Part shown: positions 1 to 8,804 of the stretch, piece by piece | Layout: the number at the start of each line of letters is the position of its first letter | Numbering within the stretch: position 1 is the first letter of the stretch | Origin: an uncultured virus (IMG/VR IMGVR_UViG_3300014911_000629) | Taxonomy: Duplodnaviria; Heunggongvirae; Uroviricota; Caudoviricetes | Length of the DNA: 64,000 bases | Direction: 5' to 3' (one strand) | Virus record (IMG/VR): IMGVR_UViG_3300014911_000629 | Translations under genes and position numbers: made by a program | The notes under the pieces: model-generated | What the model was told of the DNA's origin: nothing | Database searches by the model: none | What the model saw: the letters and a program-made list of their open reading frames with translations, nothing else

Positions 1-20
1 CATATATACACCTCAAAATT

Positions 21-31
21 TTCCTATGGAA
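21..31. promoter_or_regulatory. Mini-ORB-like dyad upstream of cdc6
   Basis: TTCCTATGGAA, one mismatch from the TTCCA-N-TGGAA Orc1/Cdc6 box, about 50 bp upstream of cdc6 in a probably divergent intergenic region. Confidence 0.35.
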
Positions 32-83
32 GCATGTGGAGAACAAATGGAAAAGTTTATATTTTCGTTTGTAATACACTATT

Positions 84-1289
84 ATGACACTCCAAAAAAC
101 ACTGTATGAATTTCTGGGTGTTAGGAAAGGTGGAGATGGTGGCAAACTCTTTAAAAACGAATTTGTTTTTACTAACAACTTTATACCAGACCATTTAATT
201 GGCAGAAAAAAAGAACAGGAAGTAATAGCAAAGTATCTAAAAAATGCAGAGAACATAAATAAGCATATGTTAATATTTGGTAAAACAGGCACAGGAAAAA
301 CAGTTGTAGTAAGGTGGGTTATGAATAATTTTAATGGAAATATCATTTATAAAGATAATGAAAAAATAATTTACAAAGTTGGAGATAAAAAAGGCATTAT
401 CATGTATTTATCATGCAGGCAATATCCAACAAGATATAGGGTTGTTAATAAGATTGCACAGATAATCAGCGAAAACGATAAAAAAAGCCAGAACTGGAGT
501 AAAGAGATAGAGAGGATAAGAACATTCTCAAAACTGTTAGATTTTATGATAATTATTTTGGATGAAATAGATTATGTTGATGATAAAGATAACTTATTGA
601 TTTCCACTTTTTCAAGATGGGGAGAGTTAGAAGAAAACACTATTTGCTCTCTTGTGCTTATATCTAATAAAATACACTTTTTACAGGAGTTGGAAAAGAG
701 GGCATTTTCCTCATTTCAATGCCTGCAATTGCCATTCTATCCATACAATGCAGATGAACTACAACAGATATTGGAAAATAGAGCCAAACTTGGTATAAAG
801 GATGGTGTTTTGGATGATGATATAATTCCCTACATTTCTGCAATAGTTTCAAGGGAAAGCGGAGATGCAAGGCAGGCGATAGGCATTCTTAAACTTGCTG
901 TTGAGATTGCAGGAATAGAAAACTCTGAAAAAGTAACAAGGCGTCATGTTGATATAGCAAAGAATTATGGTAATCTGTCTGTGTTATTTGGAGAAACAAT
1001 AACATCACTGCCATATCATGAGAGAAATACATTGAAAGCAATCGCACTTCTATATTTAGATAATAAAGAGGTTATAACTACTGGAGATGTATATAAAAAA
1101 TATAGGGAAATTGTGGGAAGTGATATTGCAGTAACACAGAGAAGAATTGCCGATTACATCAGTGATTTGAGTATGCTGGATATTATTTCAGCAAAGGAAA
1201 TATCAAGAGGGAGATATGGAAGAACAAGAATAATTGATTTGAAATATCCTCCAGAGATGATTTTAGAAATATTGAAGGAGGAAGTATGA
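84..1289 (+). CDS. cdc6: Orc1/Cdc6 replication initiator (AAA+ plus C-terminal wHTH)
   Basis: Walker A GKTGTGKT, Walker B IIILDEID, PYNADEL, SGDARQAI, C-terminal GRYGRTR wing. Confidence 0.93.
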   Translation: MTLQKTLYEFLGVRKGGDGGKLFKNEFVFTNNFIPDHLIGRKKEQEVIAKYLKNAENINKHMLIFGKTGTGKTVVVRWVMNNFNGNIIYKDNEKIIYKVGDKKGIIMYLSCRQYPTRYRVVNKIAQIISENDKKSQNWSKEIERIRTFSKLLDFMIIILDEIDYVDDKDNLLISTFSRWGELEENTICSLVLISNKIHFLQELEKRAFSSFQCLQLPFYPYNADELQQILENRAKLGIKDGVLDDDIIPYISAIVSRESGDARQAIGILKLAVEIAGIENSEKVTRRHVDIAKNYGNLSVLFGETITSLPYHERNTLKAIALLYLDNKEVITTGDVYKKYREIVGSDIAVTQRRIADYISDLSMLDIISAKEISRGRYGRTRIIDLKYPPEMILEILKEEV

Positions 1290-1987
1290 TGAGGTATTGG
1301 CATGGAAATATAAGAAAGCCCATATCTCAAAAGGTTAGGTGGAGAGTATATTGTAGAGATAATTTTACTTGCGTATATTGTGGTAGAAAACCGCCTGAAG
1401 TAGTGTTGGAAATAGACCACATAGTTCCTGTAAGTTTTGGAGGAGATAATAGTATAGATAATTTAGTAACATCATGTAAAAGATGCAACTCAAGTAAGGG
1501 TAATAGAATAGATAAAACCAGCACTTTGTTGATGGTAAATAATATGGGTGTTTATCCCTTAATAGTTTTATACGCAATAGTTAGATTGAAAGAAAAAAAT
1601 AAAAGAACATTATGTTATGATGTTGTAGAGGAGAGTAAATTAATAGCAAACGAATTTGGTTTTAAATTTGATGATTTGAGTATAAGAGCAGGATATAGGT
1701 ATGTGAAGGAAATGATTATAAGGGGTATTATCAAATTAGATGATTTACAGTTTTTAAAGAATTGCATTTTAAGAAGAATGGAGTTTGATGAAAGGTTTAG
1801 AAAAATGTTATATGAAATAGAACACCATGTTCTGTCAATAGATGGTATAAAGGAAGTTATAAAAAAATACTTTTCAGATTATGAACTTGTTTTTAACTAT
1901 ATGATTAAACACGGATATATTATTGTTTTTAATGAAAAATACACCATATTAAACATATATGATGGAGGGGATAACCATGAAGTATAA
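1286..1987 (+). CDS. HNH endonuclease domain protein
   Basis: RDNFTCVYCG...LEIDHIVP..GG.NSIDNLVTSCKRCNSSKG. Confidence 0.9.
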   Translation: MMRYWHGNIRKPISQKVRWRVYCRDNFTCVYCGRKPPEVVLEIDHIVPVSFGGDNSIDNLVTSCKRCNSSKGNRIDKTSTLLMVNNMGVYPLIVLYAIVRLKEKNKRTLCYDVVEESKLIANEFGFKFDDLSIRAGYRYVKEMIIRGIIKLDDLQFLKNCILRRMEFDERFRKMLYEIEHHVLSIDGIKEVIKKYFSDYELVFNYMIKHGYIIVFNEKYTILNIYDGGDNHEV

Positions 1988-2297
1988 AACTCTTGAGGAG
2001 GAATTGATTGAGGTCTTTAGGAGACGTGGATTGGAACTGCTTGAGGAGAAGTTTAGAGTAGTGAATGACAACGGAGAGATGGAATGGACTATAAGAGCAA
2101 GGAAAATGGATAGATGCAATATATTCAGGTGTGATTATTGTGGTAGAGAATTTTATCATACTCCTTTGTGGTATGAAGATGAGGAATATCATATATGCTA
2201 CATGTTTTGTTCCGAAAAATGCAGAAGTGCATTTATAGAGAACTATAAAAAGAGCGTTATAAAGAAAGTTGTTAGAAAGTTGATGAAAGGGAGGTAG
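1977..2297 (+). CDS. TRASH/YHS-like zinc-binding protein
   Basis: CDYCG...FCSEKC; start moved to ATG 1977 after GGAGGGG SD. Confidence 0.6.
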   Translation: MKYKTLEEELIEVFRRRGLELLEEKFRVVNDNGEMEWTIRARKMDRCNIFRCDYCGREFYHTPLWYEDEEYHICYMFCSEKCRSAFIENYKKSVIKKVVRKLMKGR

Positions 2298-2303
2298 ATT
2301 AAA

Positions 2304-2852
2304 ATGGAGAAGGAGGCAAATGGATTAATTGTAGATACGATGCTGGCATTCATCATAAAACATGATATTATTGAGGATACATTGAAATTTTTAAATGAAC
2401 TGATAGAAATATATAAGAAGAAAAGTCCATACTTCAAATTCAAAAAAGTCAAAAATAAACCGAAATGCTATCAATACCTTTTATCTTATCTCCATTTTGC
2501 AGGTATAATCGAAAAATATCCAAGAAATGGAGGTTGGAAAATCGTTGATTATAATGCACTTAAAAGAATATACCTGAATTTGCAGAAATGCTATGTGGAT
2601 GATAATGAAAGAGAAAAAATGAAGATGAAGTATAACGGAGATATAATATACAGCAGTATGCAGAGCATAATGTATAGCATTGGGAGAATGATAGGAATAA
2701 AAGAAAAATGCTCGACAGTTGAGGCAATAACCAGCATACTTATTGCATATTACATAGAGAACTATGGAGAAGATGAGTTTATAAAAGAAATATTGAGAAA
2801 ACTTGAAACCATAAAGAAGGTTGTTGAATTAGAGAACAAGGTGATGACGTGA
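2304..2852 (+). CDS. Hypothetical protein, possible wHTH
   Basis: SD GGAGGT; LSYLHFAGIIEK...GGWKI wing-like segment. Confidence 0.55.
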   Translation: MEKEANGLIVDTMLAFIIKHDIIEDTLKFLNELIEIYKKKSPYFKFKKVKNKPKCYQYLLSYLHFAGIIEKYPRNGGWKIVDYNALKRIYLNLQKCYVDDNEREKMKMKYNGDIIYSSMQSIMYSIGRMIGIKEKCSTVEAITSILIAYYIENYGEDEFIKEILRKLETIKKVVELENKVMT

Positions 2853-3082
2853 GTTTGCTCATCATATGGTGCATATTCTTCTTCATAACATTTTTAGCAG
2901 TTGCAAGCATTGAAGCGTGGGGAGGCGATGTCGGAGCAGGAATATTTGTTGGGGGTATATTCGGAGCAATATTTGCAACAATAATGACATTTTTTGCATG
3001 GCTTGTGTTGTATGCCTCCGTTAGGATTTTACTTGCAATACTTCTCATTGTCCTGATAATATATATCTGTGCAAAAATTTAG
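2849..3082 (+). CDS. Small membrane protein
   Basis: Hydrophobic throughout; GTGA overlap with upstream stop. Confidence 0.6.
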   Translation: MSLLIIWCIFFFITFLAVASIEAWGGDVGAGIFVGGIFGAIFATIMTFFAWLVLYASVRILLAILLIVLIIYICAKI

Positions 3083-3117
3083 AAAAGCATTTAAATAATG
3101 ACTTAATATAAACGTTG

Positions 3118-3175
3118 GGGATGCGGAAGGTGAGCAGAGCAACCCTGCGGGGTTAGGTGTTCTTTTCTGCATCCC
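3118..3175 (+). ncRNA. Candidate structured small RNA (long hairpin with UNCG loop)
   Basis: BRE/TATA GAAAAGCATTTAAATA 3082-3097 about 23 nt upstream; 13-bp basal stem with G-U pairs valid only on + strand; apical C(UGCG)G tetraloop. Confidence 0.65.
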
Positions 3176-3301
3176 ACCCCTCCCATTTTTGGAGGATTGA
3201 TAAACCCTCATTTATTAAAAATGGAGGATTGAACAACCTACAAAACATGTAAAATACCCGTTTTTAAAATGTTTAGCACTGCTAATAATTTTTAAATGTA
3301 T

Positions 3302-3478
3302 TTATCTCGAACCAATCATGACGTTACCGCACTTCGGACATTTTAAGGTTCTACAAGGAACTCCTCTTGTTTTCTTCATTTCATAGCCACAATTTGGGCA
3401 TATGCATTTTGTAGGAGCAAGTCCAAATCTGCCAAGACCTTGACGCTTTCCGCCTACACCCTGCCCCTTTCCAATCAT
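3302..3478 (-). CDS. 58-aa Gly-rich double zinc-knuckle protein (not in ORF track)
   Basis: Translated by hand: MIGKGQGVGGKRQGLGRFGLAPTKCICPNCGYEMKKTRGVPCRTLKCPKCGNVMIGSR; ATGA overlap with upstream gene; GGAGG SD. Confidence 0.75.
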   Translation of the reverse strand: MIGKGQGVGGKRQGLGRFGLAPTKCICPNCGYEMKKTRGVPCRTLKCPKCGNVMIGSR

Positions 3479-4263
3479 GTCCTCCTTCCTTTTCTATCGC
3501 TGATATACACGTAGGATAAAATTGCAACTCCAAGAATAAACATTGAAAGCAATGCGACATCAAGAGTATCAAATTCTACTGGTTCAGTTACAAGTGTTCC
3601 CTGTGTCTGTTGTGCCATCAATTCATTATATTCCTGTGCGGATGCTGAATATCCCCAGTATTTCTTATACTTATCCCACGGGGTTGGCTTTGTCCAGTAA
3701 GTTCCAGTTCCTTTGACAGTAAGCGTTATTGTTTCAAAGCCACTGCCCCAGTTATAAACACTGCCCTCTCCCTTTAAAGTTACTACGATTTTTGTTTTAC
3801 CGCTATTGTGGTGATAAAATGACTTATCTTTTGGTATTTTTATCTTAAACATGAGATAACTTTTTCCAGTAAATCTATCCCACCAATGCTTATAATATGC
3901 ACATGTGCTTACAGAAAACTCCTGACTTATTACACCACCAAGATTATTAAATGTGTTGCGATATGTCTTTTCATCCTGCAAGAACCACCCTCTTGTTGGA
4001 TATTCTCCCCAAGAATAGAGTTTTATATTCAATGTTTTATACATTATTTTTCCCAATCTATTCCAACCCCCAGCAAAAATAGATTTACTCCATCGTATAT
4101 TAGTTTTAATTGTTATTTTCTCTGGTGTAAATCCCACATATCTATATTTCTTATCAACATATGCCTTCCCTGTATAATAGTATGAGCCAGCATCCGCCAT
4201 ATCCGCAAAAATCGGCGTCATTAACAATCCAACTACCAGTAATGCAATGACCTTACGTATCAT
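3475..4263 (-). CDS. Secreted, C-terminally membrane-anchored basic protein
   Basis: N-terminal signal peptide, C-terminal TM plus basic tail. Confidence 0.7.
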   Translation of the reverse strand: MIRKVIALLVVGLLMTPIFADMADAGSYYYTGKAYVDKKYRYVGFTPEKITIKTNIRWSKSIFAGGWNRLGKIMYKTLNIKLYSWGEYPTRGWFLQDEKTYRNTFNNLGGVISQEFSVSTCAYYKHWWDRFTGKSYLMFKIKIPKDKSFYHHNSGKTKIVVTLKGEGSVYNWGSGFETITLTVKGTGTYWTKPTPWDKYKKYWGYSASAQEYNELMAQQTQGTLVTEPVEFDTLDVALLSMFILGVAILSYVYISDRKGRRT

Positions 4264-4285
4264 AATCTAAAATTTGAAAATAATA

Positions 4286-4313
4286 TTTAAATTTTGGTGG
4301 GATTAACGGGAAA
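4286..4313 (-). promoter_or_regulatory. Class A promoter (GTGGG/GGG boxes + TATA), copy 1
   Basis: + strand tttaaattttggtgggattaacgggaaa; TATA hexamer 23 nt from ATG 4263. Confidence 0.85.
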
Positions 4314-4617
4314 CCCTCAATTTTTCTGCCTCATGCTCAACACATACGAGAAAATCATGCTTATCTTTGATATGTCCGCATTTCTTCATTATCTTTCCAA
4401 GCAATGAAAATTTTTGTATATGGTTCTGATATTCTGGACTTGCCTCCCTTATGGTTTTCTTTGGACAATACTCTCTCTCCTGTGCATCAGTTAAAGTCCC
4501 AATCATTCCTTCGGAGAAGCAAAGCAGGTTTTCAGGTGTTGGTGGCTTATTAGGGTCTATTTTATAGCAGGTGCATGGGGATAACCTTGCCTTTATCTCA
4601 TTTGCTACGATTGCCAT
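4303..4617 (-). CDS. Small Cys-rich protein, SPCTCY family copy 1
   Basis: Paralog of 25412-25699; start moved to MAIVANE. Confidence 0.8.
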   Translation of the reverse strand: MAIVANEIKARLSPCTCYKIDPNKPPTPENLLCFSEGMIGTLTDAQEREYCPKKTIREASPEYQNHIQKFSLLGKIMKKCGHIKDKHDFLVCVEHEAEKLRVSR

Positions 4618-4618
4618 T

Positions 4619-4954
4619 TTAATCTCGCTCCTCAATTATATGCTCAAAACTTAACATATCCTCATAATATTTTATGTCCTTATCGCTTACTGAAAGACGA
4701 GCATTATCATTAGCAAACATTATAATAAGTTCGTTATCAACTGATGACAAAACCTTTCTTGGAATTTTTTGTGAGATAATTTCTCCTTTGCTAACTTTGT
4801 CATTATATATTGCTCTAACCTTTCCCGTAAATTTATTAATTCTTACTTCTATGTTACCAAGATTGCAACTAACATAAGAGGCAGTTTCATTTATGTCGCC
4901 TTTACAAGCATCAATAAACTCTTTTATTATTCTATCAGGAACTATTGATGCCAT
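4619..4954 (-). CDS. Hypothetical protein
   Basis: First gene behind a class A promoter; C..G...C N-terminus. Confidence 0.7.
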   Translation of the reverse strand: MASIVPDRIIKEFIDACKGDINETASYVSCNLGNIEVRINKFTGKVRAIYNDKVSKGEIISQKIPRKVLSSVDNELIIMFANDNARLSVSDKDIKYYEDMLSFEHIIEERD

Positions 4955-4976
4955 GATAATTAAATAAAAACAAAAA

Positions 4977-5004
4977 TATAAATTTTGGTGGGATTGCTGG
5001 GAAA
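4977..5004 (-). promoter_or_regulatory. Class A promoter, copy 2
   Basis: tataaattttggtgggattgctgggaaa; 23 nt from ATG 4954. Confidence 0.85.
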
Positions 5005-5005
5005 A

Positions 5006-5350
5006 TCATAATATCATATAAAACAATATGCCTAATAATATGATTATGAGGATATATATAAATATTGTCTTTAAACTATCATTATAGTTATATTCAGATT
5101 TTTGAGGTATTGCCATTGTCTTTATTAATATAAGCCAACCAATAAACACCAATATAAACATGCTATTATTATTGAATAATAAATAAAGTAGCAATGGAAT
5201 TGGGGTGAATACATAGCCAAATCTAAACAAGATATTTCTATATACAACCCCAGAAAAATTTTTGCCATACTTCTGTATAGTGTAAGTTTCCTCTAAAATA
5301 GCCCATATAACTGGAAGTGAAATAAGTGTAATAAGTGCTAAACCATCCAT
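5006..5350 (-). CDS. Integral membrane protein
   Basis: About four hydrophobic segments. Confidence 0.65.
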   Translation of the reverse strand: MDGLALITLISLPVIWAILEETYTIQKYGKNFSGVVYRNILFRFGYVFTPIPLLLYLLFNNNSMFILVFIGWLILIKTMAIPQKSEYNYNDSLKTIFIYILIIILLGILFYMIL

Positions 5351-5373
5351 GTTTTAATATAGTTAAAGTAATA

Positions 5374-5400
5374 TTTAATTTTTAGTGGGAATACTGGGAA
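5374..5400 (-). promoter_or_regulatory. Class A promoter, copy 3 (degenerate)
   Basis: tttaatttttagtgggaatactgggaa; 24 nt from ATG 5350. Confidence 0.75.
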
Positions 5401-5401
5401 C

Positions 5402-5461
5402 TATCTGCACTGCCACAAGAAAAACCCTTCACAAAATGCAAAATTTACACGAAAAGTAGGG
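5402..5461 (-). repeat. 60-bp conserved 3' element, copy downstream of the large minus-strand operon
   Basis: 49/60 ungapped identity by hand to the reverse complement of 39591-39650; one end has 21 identical nt. Confidence 0.8.
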
Positions 5462-5465
5462 GGTT

Positions 5466-5798
5466 TTACAAAGAAATAATAAGCCAAATGTAGTCATTCA
5501 GGAAGTCAATCATAGTTAAAACAACAAGCAAGGCACAGGCATACTTTGATGCTTTAAGCCATGCATCTCTATCTTTTTTAATTTTCTCTGGAAAATAAAT
5601 CAGTATTAAATAAAATAAAAACCATATGAATATTGAAAACATTAATGCTATTGGAATACCATGAGAAAACATTTTAGCCATTGCTGGATTTCCCTCTATT
5701 GCTCCCTTTTCAAATAGATAAACGGTTATTCCGAATGCTAACATATTGATGGTAAATGCAAGAGCAAACAATAATTTTCTTTCATCCATACCCATCAC
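5466..5798 (-). CDS. DUF5658-like membrane protein
   Basis: GAIEGNPAM motif with TM helices. Confidence 0.55.
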   Translation of the reverse strand: MMGMDERKLLFALAFTINMLAFGITVYLFEKGAIEGNPAMAKMFSHGIPIALMFSIFIWFLFYLILIYFPEKIKKDRDAWLKASKYACALLVVLTMIDFLNDYIWLIISL

Positions 5799-7510
5799 CC
5801 TATATATATGGTTTTGATGGGTTGTGGCTTTGAAGTGCTTTCCTTTTTCTTATGAACTAACTTTTTAAATCCTCCTTTCTTCCTTATATACCATATTAGA
5901 ATGATGATTATAGCAATTATGATGAATGGTAATATGAGGAAAATCAATCCAAGCAAAACTGCTTTATCTTCCATTTTATCAAATTGTGGTATTCCATGCC
6001 CGTATGTATTTCCATCTCCCTTTGGATAACATGACTTTTCCAATGCCCACTCAAAGATGAATGGAACTACACCCTTCCAGAAGAAATATTCTTTTTTGAG
6101 GAAATCCCATAATTTGTAATGCTTTGCATACACAACTGCACATCCTCCTGCAACGATGGGTATTGCCATACTTGTTCCAGATGCAACTTTTTCTCCATGC
6201 AACCAAGGTCCGATGATGCTTTCTCCACCTGCCACAACATCTGGCTTAACCTCATGCAACCCTCTCACAGGTCCTCTACTGCTCCATTCACATATCTGGT
6301 CATCCTCATAATACTCAAGTGTTCTCATTGGGTCTATTGCACCAACCGCAATTGCAGATGGAGATAATGCTGGAGATATTATTGAGTAAGGCATCGGACC
6401 GTAATTTCCACCAGCACAAACAACTATTATGCCTTCACTACGCAGTTCTCTAATCTTTTTATCAACAGCATCTCCAAGATGCCCGCCCCCTCCCAAAGAA
6501 ATTGAAACAACATCTACCTTTAATTTTTTACACATATCAAGTGCATCAAGTAAATATTGCATTGGACAACTGTTCTCCTCTATTACTTTGATTGAATATT
6601 GCTTGCCATTGGTGAATGATGAAACACCATAGAAAACAGCAAAGTTAGTCCAAGTTCCATGCCCATTGTAGTCGTATGGGTCATACATTGCTGGATGCTG
6701 TAATGCTTCTATTAAATACATGTTATATCCTTCATATGTTCTATGAGTAACACCTGTATCTATAACCGCAACCGTTACCTTTCCACTTGTTTTTCCAAGT
6801 TTGTCTATTTTGAGCATATGATACATCTCTGGTATTGTATATGGGTTGTATGGATAAATTGGTGGAGGCATTGGTGGCACATATATGTCGCTTTCATTTT
6901 CCCATCCTTCATCGCTTACTGTAATCCATTTTGTGCATGATGCCCATAAACCATCATTATCCTTAACCATGAGAGTTACCTTATATGTCCCTTCAGCGGT
7001 ATATGTGTGTTCTGGATTTGCCTCACGAGAAACACTCCAATCACCAAAATCCCATTTATATTCGACTATTATGCCATCAGGGTCATATGCTTCTTCAAAA
7101 AATCTAACTGTTTCTCCAGTTCTTGGATTTGTTGGCTCAAAGTAAAAGTTACATACTGGAGGGATTTTTCCTCCAAATGTTATATTTAGCCATTGTGTTA
7201 ATTTAGTTGTATCAACAACAGTTTGTGCAACACCAAGTTTTCCATTATAGGTTGTATTTGCCTCTATAATATCTCCATCCTGTGCAAGTATTGATACTGC
7301 ATACAATCCATCAGCATTCGTAGTAACCTGCTTTGTTTCTGATGTATTGAGATTTGTAACATTAACTGTTATGAATGGAATTGGATGTCCTTCATCATCA
7401 AATACATATCCTGCGACGCCGACAGGCGACCTCTCTGCATTTGAATAAATAGGAATAAATGAAAGTAATAGCATAAGTATTAGCAGTGCTTTAATTTTTC
7501 TTCCTAACAT
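5795..7510 (-). CDS. Membrane-anchored S8 subtilisin-like protease with Ig-like and PKD domains
   Basis: Signal peptide; WDFGD PKD; triad VAVIDTG, NGHGT, SGTSMA; C-terminal TM. Confidence 0.9.
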   Translation of the reverse strand: MLGRKIKALLILMLLLSFIPIYSNAERSPVGVAGYVFDDEGHPIPFITVNVTNLNTSETKQVTTNADGLYAVSILAQDGDIIEANTTYNGKLGVAQTVVDTTKLTQWLNITFGGKIPPVCNFYFEPTNPRTGETVRFFEEAYDPDGIIVEYKWDFGDWSVSREANPEHTYTAEGTYKVTLMVKDNDGLWASCTKWITVSDEGWENESDIYVPPMPPPIYPYNPYTIPEMYHMLKIDKLGKTSGKVTVAVIDTGVTHRTYEGYNMYLIEALQHPAMYDPYDYNGHGTWTNFAVFYGVSSFTNGKQYSIKVIEENSCPMQYLLDALDMCKKLKVDVVSISLGGGGHLGDAVDKKIRELRSEGIIVVCAGGNYGPMPYSIISPALSPSAIAVGAIDPMRTLEYYEDDQICEWSSRGPVRGLHEVKPDVVAGGESIIGPWLHGEKVASGTSMAIPIVAGGCAVVYAKHYKLWDFLKKEYFFWKGVVPFIFEWALEKSCYPKGDGNTYGHGIPQFDKMEDKAVLLGLIFLILPFIIIAIIIILIWYIRKKGGFKKLVHKKKESTSKPQPIKTIYIG

Positions 7511-8804
7511 ATATTATCACCCCAAACGCCAATACCAGTGCAAGCAAGCCAAAGGCAGGCGTGTTATTTCTATTGTAAGGTATATCAAGTAATATTTCCG
7601 TATTTTTATTTAAAGTTATGCTCTTATTGAACTCCATCCCGTTGTATGTATAGATTATATCATAGTTTCCAGATGGCAAATAATACTCAAAATGAGTTCC
7701 GTAATCTTCATCCAATAATTCTCCATTTCTCGAAAGTTTGATAGAAACTGGCTTTTCAGAATATATTGTGAGATGATATTTTTCTTCATTAATATAACTC
7801 GTATTGAAGGTTACAACAGCATTTATATCGTCATATAAGCCGTCATTGTCCGTAACAAGTAATGTAACATTTAATTTGACAAAACTTGCATTCTCGCCTG
7901 CGAGAGGCACTCCTACGGTGATATTTTCGCCATAGTATAACCTGCCATCTATTGTCCAAGTCCAATTTACTATATATCCATCTGGGTCTGTGCTTGTGCT
8001 TGTAAAATTAATGTAGAGGATACCATCACTATATTTACCTTCAGAGCATGTGAAATTTGCAATTGGAGGCATAGGAGGAAATGTAATTATGGTATCATTT
8101 GATGAATTATTATCCCCGCCATTTTCGTTGTTTGATTGCTGACTTATAATAACATTGAAAGTTTTACTTGTTGTGGCAAAATCATCATCATATACTGTAA
8201 GAACTCCTATTATATTGCATACATTATTGAACACTTTTTTTACTATTTTACCAGTTAGAGTGAATGGAGGATAATCATAGAATGTCCATTCATATTTTGT
8301 TATATAACCATCTGGGTCATAGCAAGAGGATGCATCAAATACAATTTCTTCCCCAACATATCCTTCAAAAGTGTCTGGTAAAATTATTACTGGTCTTTTA
8401 TTTTCTGTATCCCCACCACCAGTTGATATTGATATATTTATCCACTGTGTTGCTCTCGTTGTATCAACAATAGTGCTATTTGAATATATAACACCATTGT
8501 ATTCTATGCTTACTGTTATTTTATCACCGTCAGTGCCACTCAATCCAACAACAGCATATCCATTTTCTGTATAATCATATACAGTTTCTCCAGTATTATC
8601 ATTTTTAATAGTAACAAGATAGCCGTCTTCTATCGGGTTATTATCAACGGTTATATAAGATGCGATGCCGACGGGCATGGGCGGGCTTGCTTTAACAACA
8701 TAGATAGTTGCAAGTATAAATGTTAGCAGTGCTACGATTACTATAACAACCTTTATTATTGTTCCCACTTTCATTTTCATCCTCCAAACATTAAATTCCA
8801 CCAC
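7491..8804 (-). CDS. PKD-domain surface protein with PGF-CTERM-like anchor (likely start near 8774)
   Basis: Two YDPDG/TDPDG PKD repeats; tail NTPAFGLLALVLAFGVIIYVRKKN. Confidence 0.8.
   Translation of the reverse strand: MVEFNVWRMKMKVGTIIKVVIVIVALLTFILATIYVVKASPPMPVGIASYITVDNNPIEDGYLVTIKNDNTGETVYDYTENGYAVVGLSGTDGDKITVSIEYNGVIYSNSTIVDTTRATQWINISISTGGGDTENKRPVIILPDTFEGYVGEEIVFDASSCYDPDGYITKYEWTFYDYPPFTLTGKIVKKVFNNVCNIIGVLTVYDDDFATTSKTFNVIISQQSNNENGGDNNSSNDTIITFPPMPPIANFTCSEGKYSDGILYINFTSTSTDPDGYIVNWTWTIDGRLYYGENITVGVPLAGENASFVKLNVTLLVTDNDGLYDDINAVVTFNTSYINEEKYHLTIYSEKPVSIKLSRNGELLDEDYGTHFEYYLPSGNYDIIYTYNGMEFNKSITLNKNTEILLDIPYNRNNTPAFGLLALVLAFGVIIYVRKKN

Noticed and set aside
3124..3139. CGGAAGGTGAGCAG resembling the canonical SRP RNA helix 8 with GGAA loop
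   Set aside because: No upstream CAGG and no stem closing GGAA; these bases pair in the long hairpin instead, and the region is far too short for archaeal 7S RNA
3190..3232. TGGAGGATTGA repeated twice as a possible mini-CRISPR
   Set aside because: Only 11 bp, two copies, 21-nt gap; does not fit repeat-spacer dimensions
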